Translations under genes and position numbers: made by a program
Notes under the pieces: generated by a model
Databases searched by the model: none
What the model was told of the DNA's origin: nothing
The model's input: the letters and a program-made list of their open reading frames with translations, nothing else
NCBI GenBank assembly: GCA_035546615.1
Contig: DASZWM010000005.1
Coordinates: forward strand, 1 to 64,000
Source of the DNA: Minisyncoccota bacterium
Lineage (GTDB): Bacteria > Patescibacteriota > Minisyncoccia > Phycocordibacterales > SBAW01
Reading direction: 5' to 3'
DNA length: 64,000 nucleotides
Part shown: positions 54,564-62,997 of the stretch, piece after piece
Layout: every line of letters starts with the position of its first letter
Position numbering within the stretch: the first letter of the stretch is position 1

Positions 54564-54636
54564 GGGCGATTAGCTCAGTTGGTAGAGCAACTCTTTTACA
54601 CAGAGAAGGTCACAGGTTCGAGTCCTGTATCGCCCA
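54564..54636 (+). tRNA. tRNA-Val (anticodon TAC).
   Basis: Acceptor GGGCGAU/AUCGCCC, D-arm GCUCAGUUGGUAGAGC, anticodon loop UUUACAC, T-arm ACAGGUUCGAGUCCUGU, discriminator A. Confidence 0.8.
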
Positions 54637-54640
54637 CACT

Positions 54641-55312
54641 ATGGAAGGTCCTGCCAAACCCAGTAACAACACTAAGGAAAGCTCTCCTAAGCCTTCTGTT
54701 GAAGTTGAATCAGAGTTTGCCGAATTCGTGCCACAGGACTTCCTTAATGACCCTGTAGGATATTTTGAACGTGGAGGAAAGAATATAAAAACAGGAGAAG
54801 TTAAATATGATGAGGCTGGTGCGCTTCGTGAGGATCCAACTGCTGTAAAAGATTTACCAGTCTGGACGAATAGCAATGGAATAGAAATTCTTACGGTAGG
54901 AAGAAGGGTAAATACGATTAAGGGCGCTGTAGGAGAATCAGGAGATCCTTTCTACGAGTACAAAATCCTTGAGAAGCTTATGGAAATCGGGTTACCCGCT
55001 GCGAGGCCTATTGCGAAAGCAGAACAGGGCGGTACTCATATCATTGTCATGGAGCGTATTCCGGGGGTTAGGTGGTCTGAAAGAGAAAGTCTGAATCTCA
55101 AAGAAAAAGGATACTCTGACGAAGACATTGCAACTCTAATAAGTGAAGCAGAACAGAAAATGGATGGCCTGAAAACTCGCTTTGACGAAGCGGGAGTTAT
55201 TCGCAGTTGGAAACTGAAGGATATGGTATTTGAGATAGACATTGAGAATAAGAAAGTTATTTCTATAGTCCCCACAGATTGGGAAAGGACGAAGATTATT
55301 GAAAAGCAATAG
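54641..55312 (+). CDS. Hypothetical protein with weak protein-kinase-like-fold features, on a low-GC gene starting 5 nt after tRNA-Val.
   Basis: Hinge-like THIIVMERIPG and C-terminal SWKLKDMVFEIDIENKKVISIVPTDWE resemble small Kdo/RIO-type kinase-like proteins. Lower GC than the flanks. 223 aa. Confidence 0.4.
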   Translation: MEGPAKPSNNTKESSPKPSVEVESEFAEFVPQDFLNDPVGYFERGGKNIKTGEVKYDEAGALREDPTAVKDLPVWTNSNGIEILTVGRRVNTIKGAVGESGDPFYEYKILEKLMEIGLPAARPIAKAEQGGTHIIVMERIPGVRWSERESLNLKEKGYSDEDIATLISEAEQKMDGLKTRFDEAGVIRSWKLKDMVFEIDIENKKVISIVPTDWERTKIIEKQ

Positions 55313-55381
55313 AGGTTCTAATATCGTGTACTTCTGACCACAGAAGACGTCTTTATTCAAGTCTTGTGCTATAACACTTCC

Positions 55382-56098
55382 ATGGAGCCGACAGTTATAT
55401 ATGAAGACGATTCCGTTATCGTCGTTAACAAGCCATCGGGCCTGCCTGTGCATGCGGACGGACGGCATGACCGCGCCACGCTTGTGGACTGGCTCGCCGT
55501 GCACTATCCGGAACTCAAAGGAGTGGGGGAGGAGCAGCGGCTCGCCGACGGCACGATAATAGACCGGCCCGGCATCGTGCACCGCATCGACCGCGAGACG
55601 TCCGGCGTGCTTGTCGTGGCGCGCACGCAGGCGTCTTTTGAGCATTTAAAGGAGCAGTTCCAGAACAGGGAAGTGAGAAAGGTGTACCGCGCCTTCGTGT
55701 ACGGCGCCCTTAAAGACGAGCGCGGCACGATAGACAGGCCGATAGGCTCCTCGCGCGGAGGCCACGGTCCGCGTTCGGCGACGCGCCCGCACGGTGTCAT
55801 GCGCGAAGCGCAGACGCTCTACCGCGTCATACATAACGGCAAGGACGCCGCATATGTGGAGGCGTTTCCGAAAACCGGCCGCACGCACCAGATCCGCGTG
55901 CATTTCTCCGCCATTCAGCATCCGATAGTAAATGACACTTTGTATGCGCCCAGCCGCAAGCCGATACTGGGCTTCACCCGGCTCGCGCTCCACGCGTATT
56001 CCATCTCCTTTATCCATCCCGACGGGCGGGAGGTCCTTTTTGAGGCTCCGCTGCCGGCCGATTTTGCCGAAGCCGAGCGGCAATTGCGGGCTAATTAA
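55382..56098 (+). CDS. RluA-family pseudouridine synthase.
   Basis: Catalytic motif HRIDRETSGVLVVAR. Conserved C-terminal RTHQIRVH and LHAYSISF motifs. Start at MEPTVIY; the tracked ORF begins 18 nt earlier. Confidence 0.85.
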   Translation: MEPTVIYEDDSVIVVNKPSGLPVHADGRHDRATLVDWLAVHYPELKGVGEEQRLADGTIIDRPGIVHRIDRETSGVLVVARTQASFEHLKEQFQNREVRKVYRAFVYGALKDERGTIDRPIGSSRGGHGPRSATRPHGVMREAQTLYRVIHNGKDAAYVEAFPKTGRTHQIRVHFSAIQHPIVNDTLYAPSRKPILGFTRLALHAYSISFIHPDGREVLFEAPLPADFAEAERQLRAN

Positions 56099-56130
56099 AG
56101 CCGTGTTAGAGTGTTCAGGCATTAAATCAT

Positions 56131-56634
56131 ATGAAATCCGCAGTTAAAATCTCTCCGGTCGACATGGAAGCCCGCGTAGCCCTTGGGGTGCGTCCGGGCG
56201 ATACTGTCCGTGTCTGGCAGAAGATAGTCGAGCTCAAGAAGGGCAAGGCAGCCAATAAGAAGGAGGTGACGACGAAAAATGTCCGCCGCCAGGCCTTTGA
56301 GGGCCTCGTGCTCGCGGTTAAGCACGGCTCCGAGGCGGGAGGCATGTTCACGGTCCGCCGGGTCGCTTCCGGCGTAGGTGTCGAGAAGATTTTCCCGCTC
56401 TATTCTCCCAATATCGAATCTATCGAGGTACTGCGCCGCACCCGCACCCGCCGCGCAAAGCTCTACTTCATCCGCGACAAGGCCGCCCGCGACCAGAAGC
56501 GCGCGATGCGCAAGGCCCGCGAGTATGTCGCCCCCGCGGCAGCGGCAGCCGACGCCGAAGTTCCCGCGGAAGAGCCTGTTGTTGAGGCTCCGGCTGCAGA
56601 GGAGGCTGCCGCTCCGGAAGTCGCAGCGGAATAA
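56131..56634 (+). CDS. rplS: 50S ribosomal protein L19 with an Ala/Glu/Pro-rich C-terminal extension.
   Basis: Core L19 motifs ([13 protein letters not shown]; [11 protein letters not shown]; [20 protein letters not shown]). About 45 extra low-complexity residues at the C-terminus. Confidence 0.85.
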   Translation: MKSAVKISPVDMEARVALGVRPGDTVRVWQKIVELKKGKAANKKEVTTKNVRRQAFEGLVLAVKHGSEAGGMFTVRRVASGVGVEKIFPLYSPNIESIEVLRRTRTRRAKLYFIRDKAARDQKRAMRKAREYVAPAAAAADAEVPAEEPVVEAPAAEEAAAPEVAAE

Positions 56635-56692
56635 GAAAACGAGCTCACGCTCGTTTTTCGTTTTGGCGTTTTCGTTGTAGGTTTATAGACAT

Positions 56693-56776
56693 GCCCAGGT
56701 GGCGAAATTGGTAGACGCACTACCTTGAGGTGGTAGCTCCCGCAAGGGATTGGAGGTTCGAGTCCTCTCCTGGGCA
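56693..56776 (+). tRNA. tRNA-Leu (anticodon GAG), long variable arm.
   Basis: Acceptor GCCCAGG/CCUGGGC, D-arm GGCGAAAUUGGUAGACGC, anticodon stem CUACC/GGUAG with loop UUGAGGU, variable arm CUCCCGCAAGGGAUU, T-arm GGAGGUUCGAGUCCUCU, discriminator A. Confidence 0.8.
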
Positions 56777-56785
56777 CAAAAAAGA

Positions 56786-56823
56786 CAGAATAATCTGCCC
56801 TGCGGCAGATTATCTGCTTTTTG
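56786..56823 (+). terminator. Rho-independent terminator after tRNA-Leu.
   Basis: cagaataatctgcc-ctgc-ggcagattatctg stem-loop followed by ctttttg. Confidence 0.55.
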
Positions 56824-56978
56824 TGAGCCGGAGCGATGTTTCGCGAGTACGCGAAACCGCGAGGCAGGGTCGTGCGGCCGCATTCGCGACGGCGAATGCG
56901 GAACGCCTGACCAAAAGGATTTGTAGATGTGACGCAGACCCTAGATTAAGGGTATTTCCGACGGTTCCCACGGAGGTC

Positions 56979-57007
56979 TTGACAAAGTACCCGAAAGGGT
57001 ATACACT
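56979..57007 (+). promoter_or_regulatory. Sigma70-like promoter heading a leader of about 330 nt upstream of the TerC-family gene.
   Basis: TTGACA (56979-56984), 17-nt spacer, TACACT (57002-57007). The downstream 57010-57340 has no convincing ORF but several stable hairpins, including a terminator-like ggcccccc…gggggcc-ttttt at 57268-57315. Confidence 0.35.
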
Positions 57008-57340
57008 ATACTTAGTTGTGAGGGAGCCAGCCTACGGTGTGTCATCGTGCACCGAAGGTGGGACCGGAAAGTGGCAACCTCGCGCCGGGACGATCGCAAA
57101 AGTCCCTTCTGTTCTTTCAGCGCGGAACGCGCAACGTGGTCTACTGTTTAGATGGTCTTGGGTCGCGAGGAGGTCAAAAATAACCCGCGACACTGCAAAA
57201 GTGATTGGCAATCTCAATCATGAAGGACCGTCACACGTAAGAATGGAAAAACCAAGGTCCTCGGACCAGTGGCCCCCCAGCACAACTGCATTGACAGTTG
57301 AGTGGGGGCCTTTTTACATTCAATGTAGTATTCTGTAACA

Positions 57341-58342
57341 ATGAAACTTTTCATCGCCCCCATCGTCATTTCGTTCATAGCGCTTATCGCCGTATTCCTG
57401 TGGGGCGGTACGGCAGCCCTGCTTCTTGCCGCAACGCTGGCGGTGCTCGAAGTGACGCTTTCTTTCGACAACGCGGTCGTCAACGCGAAGGTGCTCGAGG
57501 AAATGGACGCGCGCTGGCAGCGCAGGTTCCTTACCTGGGGCATCATCCTTTCGGTATTCGGCACGCGCCTGGTGCTGCCGATACTTATCGTCAGCGCCGT
57601 GGCATTTACTTCGCCGTTCACCATTACGACGCTGGCCCTCTACGAGCCCGACCAGTATTCTGCGCTTCTTACTTCGGCCGAGGCGGCTATCAAGGCGTTC
57701 GGCGGCGCATTCCTGCTCATGGTGTCGCTCAAGTATTTCTTCGACGTCGGCAAGAGCGTGCACTGGTTCGCGCCGCTTGAGCGCCGCTTGTCGCGGTGGG
57801 GAAGGGTGGAGGCGATTGAGATCGCTTTGGCGCTCGCCATGCTGCTCGGCATCTCCTACGTGTCGCACGACTCGGTTGAGACGATACTCCATGCCGGCAT
57901 TATCGGCATCATCCTCTTTACGCTGACGGAAGGCATCGCGCACGGCCTCGGGGTGGAAACCAAAGGCGCGGTCCGCTCGGGCCTCATGCTCTTCGTCTAT
58001 CTCAATATCCTCGACTCGGCCTTTTCTCTGGACGGCGTCATCGGCGCGTTCGCGCTCACGACCTCGCTCCCGATAATCGTGGCGGGCCTTGGCATCGGCG
58101 CGTATTTCGTCCGCTCGCTCACGGTCTACCTGGTACGACAGAAGACGCTTGCGGCGTTGAAGTACCTGGAGCACGGCGCGCACTGGGCGATATTCGGCCT
58201 GGCGCTCTCGATGTTCGCCGGCCTGATAATCCGCGTGCCGGAAGTGGTGATAGCGGGCATTGGGCTCGGCTTCATCACGCTTGCGTACATTTCGTCCCGC
58301 CGCGCCCTGCGCGCGGACGAAGTGGCCGAGTCGCTCGGCTAG
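57341..58342 (+). CDS. TerC-family integral membrane protein.
   Basis: Multiple TM helices. The conserved LSFDNAVV (LSxDN) motif of the TerC/Alx family. 333 aa. Confidence 0.8.
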   Translation: MKLFIAPIVISFIALIAVFLWGGTAALLLAATLAVLEVTLSFDNAVVNAKVLEEMDARWQRRFLTWGIILSVFGTRLVLPILIVSAVAFTSPFTITTLALYEPDQYSALLTSAEAAIKAFGGAFLLMVSLKYFFDVGKSVHWFAPLERRLSRWGRVEAIEIALALAMLLGISYVSHDSVETILHAGIIGIILFTLTEGIAHGLGVETKGAVRSGLMLFVYLNILDSAFSLDGVIGAFALTTSLPIIVAGLGIGAYFVRSLTVYLVRQKTLAALKYLEHGAHWAIFGLALSMFAGLIIRVPEVVIAGIGLGFITLAYISSRRALRADEVAESLG

Positions 58343-58386
58343 CCTCATCGCTTCTCCTTTGGTATATTGACTTCGTTGTTCGATAT

Positions 58387-58460
58387 GGTGGTCGTAGCTC
58401 AATCGGTAGAGCCCTGGTTTGTGGTACCAGTTGTTGTGGGTTCGAGTCCCATCGACCACC
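58387..58460 (+). tRNA. tRNA-His (anticodon GTG) with genomically encoded G-1 and C73 discriminator.
   Basis: G-1 + acceptor GUGGUCG/CGACCAC, D-arm GCUCAAUCGGUAGAGC, anticodon stem CUGGU/ACCAG with loop UUGUGGU, T-arm GUGGGUUCGAGUCCCAU, C73. Confidence 0.8.
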
Positions 58461-58464
58461 CAAG

Positions 58465-58998
58465 ATGGAGGAATTTAAAAAATCTAAGGAAGCCGCGACA
58501 AGGAGCCTCAACCTTGCCGGCACTTTGCAGAAGCTTTTTCGCCCTGTCCTGATTAAAGGCATGGAGGGCGAAAAAACAGAGGATCCGATAGCTCGAGTAA
58601 TAGCGGAAGCAGGCCCTAAAAACCTAAGCGATATAGAATCGTATCTTACAGCGCAGAGCATTGATGCCCTTGCTCCTCTTGAGCACGGCTATGGCTTTAG
58701 TGCCGTAGTGCTTGACGCAGGCGATCGGGTGGTGCGCTTAAGCAGACTGAAGCCTACGCATAAACCCGGTATTCCCCTTGTCCTCCAGCCTCTTGCGGAG
58801 GAAATAGTGGGAAAAATTTCTGTGCAGATCTTCAAAAAGCTTCAGACGGCGGGAATTACGGACGCCGATGTACAGAATGTTAAGGACCAATTGGGGATGG
58901 AAGGGTATAGGTGGGATGACGCCGGTACCGACAACCTTGGGCGGGACGAGAACGGCCAACTTTTTATACTCGACGGTTCGGTGCATACACTCGCATGA
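58465..58998 (+). CDS. Hypothetical protein with protein-kinase-like catalytic-loop features, on a lower-GC gene starting 4 nt after tRNA-His.
   Basis: Gly-rich loop-like GYGFSAVVLDAG…VVRLSR, and catalytic-loop/DFG-like GYRWDDAGTDNLGRDENGQLFILDGSV. 177 aa. Confidence 0.4.
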   Translation: MEEFKKSKEAATRSLNLAGTLQKLFRPVLIKGMEGEKTEDPIARVIAEAGPKNLSDIESYLTAQSIDALAPLEHGYGFSAVVLDAGDRVVRLSRLKPTHKPGIPLVLQPLAEEIVGKISVQIFKKLQTAGITDADVQNVKDQLGMEGYRWDDAGTDNLGRDENGQLFILDGSVHTLA

Positions 58999-60194
58999 GC
59001 AATGCTCCCATAACCTTCGTTATCTTCGGCGCCACGGGCGATCTGGCTCAGCGCAAGATAGTGCCCGCGCTCTGCGCGCTGTACGCAAGCGGGGCGCTTC
59101 CTGAAGGCTCAGATATAGTCGCTTTTTCGCGCCGGCCGTGGGGCGACGCGGAGTATCGCTCCTTCATACAGCCCTCCCTCAAGGCTTTTCCGGAAGAAAA
59201 GGCGGTTAAATTCCTGGAGCGTATCCGCTATGTGCAAGGTACGTTCGGCGATCCCGCATCGTTCGCTGCATTGAAAGATGCATTACGCACGCAGAATATC
59301 TTCTTCCACCTCGCAGTCCAGCCTGAGTTTTACGAATCCATCGTGCATGGGCTGGGGGATGCGGGCTTGCAGGGCTCGCTCCTTATCGAGAAGCCGTTCG
59401 GCCACAACTACGCCTCCGCCGCATCGCTTGAGCGAGGTCTTGAGAAGTACTTTTCGCCCGAGCATATTTTCCGCGTCGATCATTACTTGGGGAAGGAAGG
59501 ACTCGAGGTGCTTCTGAATCGCCGCCGCACGGATGCCGATTTTGAAAAGTCACTAAGCAGCGAGCGCATCGCGTCCGTCGCGGTCCGCCTGCTTGAGACG
59601 TTCGACGTAGAGGGTAGGGGAGAGTTCTACGACGCGGCGGGCGCGCTTAAGGACGTGGGCCAAAATCATCTGCTTGAGATGCTCGCGACACTTCTTATGA
59701 ATATTCCGGAAGATGCTCGCGGCATTCCGCAGGCGCGCGCTGAAGCGATAGCGGGACTGGCCCCGAAGATGTCCGTTCAGGGGGCGGTGGCTGCCGTGCG
59801 CGGCCAATACGAGGGGTACCATGCCGATCCGGAAATTCCGGACGGCTCGCAAACGGAAACGTATTTTAAAGTCGAATTGCGCAGCGCAATTCCGCGCTGG
59901 CAGGATGTCCCGCTCGTGCTTGAAGCGGGGAAAGCCCTGCGCGAAAAGAAAAGCGATATCGAGATCTCATATAAGGACGGCTCGAAGCAGGTATTCGACA
60001 TGGATATCCCCGGCGCGCGCGACGCATACGAGCACATGATAGAAGCGGCACTGCGCGGCGACGCGACGCGCTTTGCCGGAAGCGAAGAAGTGTTCGCCGC
60101 GTGGAAGCTTATCGACCCGCTGCGGGAGCAGCTCCTGAAATTGCCGCTTCACAGGTACGACCGCGGCGGCGACGGCGCGGGGCGGTTTTTGTAA
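58995..60194 (+). CDS. zwf: Glucose-6-phosphate 1-dehydrogenase (short form).
   Basis: NADP-binding FVIFGATGDLAQRKIVPAL and the active-site nonapeptide RVDHYLGKE (canonical RIDHYLGKE). 399 aa. Overlaps the upstream ORF by 4 nt. Confidence 0.85.
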   Translation: MSNAPITFVIFGATGDLAQRKIVPALCALYASGALPEGSDIVAFSRRPWGDAEYRSFIQPSLKAFPEEKAVKFLERIRYVQGTFGDPASFAALKDALRTQNIFFHLAVQPEFYESIVHGLGDAGLQGSLLIEKPFGHNYASAASLERGLEKYFSPEHIFRVDHYLGKEGLEVLLNRRRTDADFEKSLSSERIASVAVRLLETFDVEGRGEFYDAAGALKDVGQNHLLEMLATLLMNIPEDARGIPQARAEAIAGLAPKMSVQGAVAAVRGQYEGYHADPEIPDGSQTETYFKVELRSAIPRWQDVPLVLEAGKALREKKSDIEISYKDGSKQVFDMDIPGARDAYEHMIEAALRGDATRFAGSEEVFAAWKLIDPLREQLLKLPLHRYDRGGDGAGRFL

Positions 60195-60211
60195 AGTGAT
60201 ACAATTGCCGC

Positions 60212-60619
60212 ATGCCTATGCTGCCGAAGCCCAAAACCAAGCTTGAAGAGATAGCGCTCGGCTTTACCAGCTGGGTAGGGTCCATCCAGTCGGTCGCGGT
60301 GCATACCGTCGCCTTCGTCGCGAGCTTCCTGGCGGTGGCGTTCGACCTCATTACCTTCGACCGGATGCTCCTCGTGCTCACCACCGTAGTGTCGCTTGAA
60401 GCAATTTATCTCGCCATATTCATACAGATGAGCCTCAACCTGACGCGCGAAAGCCTGGCGGAGGTTGAGCAGGACATAGACGAGATCCAGGAGGACGTGG
60501 GCGAAATTCAGGAGGATGTCGACGAGATACAGCAGGACGTCGATGAGATCCAGGAAGACGTTGACGAGATACAGGAGGAAATAGTAGAAGAGGAGGATGG
60601 AGAATCGGCGCATGCTTAA
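60212..60619 (+). CDS. DUF1003-like small membrane protein with a C-terminal acidic heptad-repeat tail.
   Basis: Two TM helices (VAFVASFLAVAFDLITF; LLVLTTVVSLEAIYLAIFIQM). The C-terminus is five tandem D(V/I)(D/G)EIQ(E/Q) heptads. Confidence 0.5.
   Translation: MPMLPKPKTKLEEIALGFTSWVGSIQSVAVHTVAFVASFLAVAFDLITFDRMLLVLTTVVSLEAIYLAIFIQMSLNLTRESLAEVEQDIDEIQEDVGEIQEDVDEIQQDVDEIQEDVDEIQEEIVEEEDGESAHA
60472..60576 (+). repeat. Tandem 21-nt repeat (5 copies) encoding DVDEIQE heptads inside the 60212-60619 CDS.
   Basis: gacgagatccaggaggacgtg-like units repeated head-to-tail with a few synonymous or near-synonymous changes. Confidence 0.7.
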
Positions 60620-61037
60620 GGAAAAGGTCGGCGGCTTTTTTTCGGAGTTCAGGAACTTCGCCGTCAAAGGCAACGCCTTCGACCTCGCGGTCGCGGTCGT
60701 CATCGGCAACGCCTTTACCGCCATCGTGAACTCGCTCGTGGGCGACATCATCACCCCCTTCCTCGGGCTCGTGACCGGGAATGTTGACTTCAAGAGCCTC
60801 TCGTATGCGGTCCGGCCCGACCTCGTCATAAAATACGGCGCGTTCATCCAGGCGATATTCAATTTCCTGCTCATTTCGCTGTCGATATTCGTCGTTTTCA
60901 AGCTGCTCTCGGTCGCGCGCAGAAAGGTCTTCCGCGAAGGGGAGAAGGCGGTGCCGGAGCACGAAAAGCCCGCTCAGGAGCGCCTCCTTGAGGAGATCCG
61001 CGACCTTTTGAAGGAAAAGAAGGAGGAAGTGGTATAG
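60612..61037 (+). CDS. mscL: Large-conductance mechanosensitive channel MscL.
   Basis: Conserved N-terminus …EFRNFAVKGNAFDLAVAVVIGNAFTAIVNSLVGDIITP. Two TM helices. 141 aa. Start at the internal ATG of the tracked ORF. Confidence 0.85.
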   Translation: MLKEKVGGFFSEFRNFAVKGNAFDLAVAVVIGNAFTAIVNSLVGDIITPFLGLVTGNVDFKSLSYAVRPDLVIKYGAFIQAIFNFLLISLSIFVVFKLLSVARRKVFREGEKAVPEHEKPAQERLLEEIRDLLKEKKEEVV

Positions 61038-61044
61038 TTAGCGC

Positions 61045-61734
61045 ATGCCTGACATAAAAAAGTTCGAGCTTTCTCCCTCGATAGCCATACTCGTGTGCGG
61101 CGTGCTCATCGCCGGCTCGATTATTTTCGTGAATCTCCATCCCGGCCAGCCCGCGGTTGCCGCAGACCCGAATCAGCTTCCGGCGAATGCCAACGTGCCG
61201 GCGCCGAACGCCAACGACCACATCCGCGGCTCATTGAGCGCGCCCATTGTGCTGGTCGAGTATTCGGACTTCCAATGTCCGTATTGCCAGATGGTGCATC
61301 CGACGCTCAAGCGCCTTGTGGACGAATCCAACGGCAAGATAGCGTGGGTATACCGCGAGTATCCGCTCACGAGTCTCCACCCGCAGGCCCGCCCCGCAGC
61401 GCTCGCCGCCGAATGCATCGAGGAGCAGCTCGGCAATGACGGGTTCTGGAAGTTCGCCGACACCATATTCGCCGACCAGACCAAAATGAGCCCCGAGTAC
61501 TATGCCCAGCTTGCCGCGCAGTTCGGCGCGGACCCGGCGCAGTTCGCCTCGTGCGTCTCGAGCGAGAAATATGCGGGGAAGATAGCGTCGCAGTCGCTTG
61601 AGGCGCAAAGCAACGGCGGCAACGGCACGCCGTTCACGGTCATCGTGGGTGCAGGCGTGCAGGTGCCGGTGTCGGGCGCGCAGCCGTACGAGAACTTCAA
61701 GGCTGTAATAGACGCGATGCTCGCGCGTCAGTAA
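61045..61734 (+). CDS. DsbA-family thiol:disulfide oxidoreductase, membrane-anchored.
   Basis: N-terminal TM anchor. Thioredoxin-fold active site CPYC (FQCPYCQ). 229 aa. Confidence 0.8.
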   Translation: MPDIKKFELSPSIAILVCGVLIAGSIIFVNLHPGQPAVAADPNQLPANANVPAPNANDHIRGSLSAPIVLVEYSDFQCPYCQMVHPTLKRLVDESNGKIAWVYREYPLTSLHPQARPAALAAECIEEQLGNDGFWKFADTIFADQTKMSPEYYAQLAAQFGADPAQFASCVSSEKYAGKIASQSLEAQSNGGNGTPFTVIVGAGVQVPVSGAQPYENFKAVIDAMLARQ

Positions 61735-61777
61735 CAGGATAGCTATTAGTTATTAATGTTTTTTATAATCACTACGT

Positions 61778-62620
61778 ATGAACGGCTTGTTTGAGGGTTC
61801 TCAGGGCGTGTGGCTTAGGCGCGCCATTATCGCGTCGGTAGCATTGCTTGCTTTGTTCCTGGCGGTCCAGGTCATCGCCGGCGTTAAGGAATGGCGCTAC
61901 ATAGGCGCTGGGCTTTCCGCCACCAACACCATTACCGTATCCGGCCACGGCGAGGCGCTCGCGGTGCCCGACATTGCAACGTTCTCGTTCTCGGTCGTCT
62001 CCGACAAGGCGACGGTCGCCGCCGCGCAGGAAGACGCGACTGCAAAGATCAACGCAATAACCGCGTATCTTAAGGATGCGGGCATCGACGAGAAGGATAT
62101 CCAGACCAGCGACTACTCGGTCTATCCGCAGTACGAATACCAGAACGCGGTATGTCCCACCGTCGCGCCGACCTATTCGGGAGCTTCGGCAAGCGCTATC
62201 TACTGCCCGTCCGGCAAGCAGGTGCTCAAGGGCTACGAGGTGCGCCAGACCACCGCTATCAAGGTGCGCGATACCGAGAAGGCGGGCGATCTCCTCTCCG
62301 GCGTAGGAACCAAGGGCGCCACCGAGGTTTCGGGCCTGACATTCACGTTCGACAAGCCCGATATGGTTCAGGATGAGGCCCGCGATAAGGCTATCCAGAA
62401 CGCGAAGGAGAAGGCGGATACGCTCGCGAAGTCCCTCGGCGTCCACCTGGTGCGCGTCGTCTCCTACAACGAGAACGGCAACTACTCGCCGATGTACGCC
62501 CGCGACGTGGCGTACGGCAGCGCAGGCCTCGCCAACGAAACCAAGGCTGCCGCTCCGGAGATCTCCATAGGCCAGAACAAGGTCACCTCGGATGTCGCGG
62601 TAACCTACGAGATTAGGTAA
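61778..62620 (+). CDS. SIMPL-domain (DUF541) protein, membrane-anchored.
   Basis: N-terminal TM. The SIMPL-family pattern (…TITVSGHGEALAVPDIATFSFSV…, …VLKGYEVRQTTAIKVRDTEKAGDLL…). 280 aa. Confidence 0.75.
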   Translation: MNGLFEGSQGVWLRRAIIASVALLALFLAVQVIAGVKEWRYIGAGLSATNTITVSGHGEALAVPDIATFSFSVVSDKATVAAAQEDATAKINAITAYLKDAGIDEKDIQTSDYSVYPQYEYQNAVCPTVAPTYSGASASAIYCPSGKQVLKGYEVRQTTAIKVRDTEKAGDLLSGVGTKGATEVSGLTFTFDKPDMVQDEARDKAIQNAKEKADTLAKSLGVHLVRVVSYNENGNYSPMYARDVAYGSAGLANETKAAAPEISIGQNKVTSDVAVTYEIR

Positions 62621-62682
62621 GCCTATGCAGAGCTAGGTAAGCCTAGGGTTGACTCCAGCCTTAAATAGGGTAGTATAAGAAA

Positions 62683-62708
62683 AAGCCCCGGGAGGGGTTT
62701 TTTCTTAG
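62683..62708 (+). terminator. Probable weak rho-independent terminator after the SIMPL gene.
   Basis: aaaaagcccc-ggga-ggggtttttt is a short GC stem followed by a T6 run. A second imperfect 14-bp hairpin follows at 62711-62746, just upstream of secE. Confidence 0.4.
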
Positions 62709-62765
62709 GCAACCGTCTTGCCTGTCGGCAGACAGGGAAGACGGAAAGTTAAATAGAACTAAATT

Positions 62766-62936
62766 ATGCCCCAATACTTTAAAGACGTCCGCAGCGAGCT
62801 GAACCATGTAAGCTGGCCCACGCGCAGTCAGATAATCGCGTATACCGTCGTGGTCATTCTCGTGTCGCTCGGCACGTCCGTGTACCTCGGGCTTCTGGAC
62901 TACGTCTTCTCCGCGATTATCCGCAGCGTTGTTTAG
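62766..62936 (+). CDS. secE: Preprotein translocase subunit SecE (56 aa).
   Basis: Manual translation MPQYFKDVRSELNHVSWPTRSQIIAYTVVVILVSLGTSVYLGLLDYVFSAIIRSVV. It is a single-TM protein with a conserved start and lies immediately upstream of nusG. It was not in the ORF track because it is under 60 aa. Confidence 0.75.
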   Translation: MPQYFKDVRSELNHVSWPTRSQIIAYTVVVILVSLGTSVYLGLLDYVFSAIIRSVV

Positions 62937-62997
62937 TAATTAGCTACTTGGGTGTAGCCACTAGTCGCTATACCCCAAACCCTAACACCTAACTAAT

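Noticed and set aside
56830-57340. Possible tmRNA, RNase P RNA, SRP RNA or yybP-ykoY riboswitch.
   Set aside because: I looked for the hallmark motifs: the tmRNA tRNA-like ends; RNase P GGAAAGUCCGG and AGGGUGAAA; the SRP GGAA-tetraloop helix 8; and the riboswitch GGGGAGUAG core. I found no convincing match. The region is kept only as an unclassified structured leader.
57320-58459. 379-aa minus-strand ORF.
   Set aside because: It is antisense to the TerC-family gene and overlaps tRNA-His. Arg-rich.
62612-62643. 11-bp direct repeat aggtaagccta occurring twice just after the SIMPL gene stop.
   Set aside because: Short, single pair, with no associated ORF or structure. Probably chance or a minor duplication.
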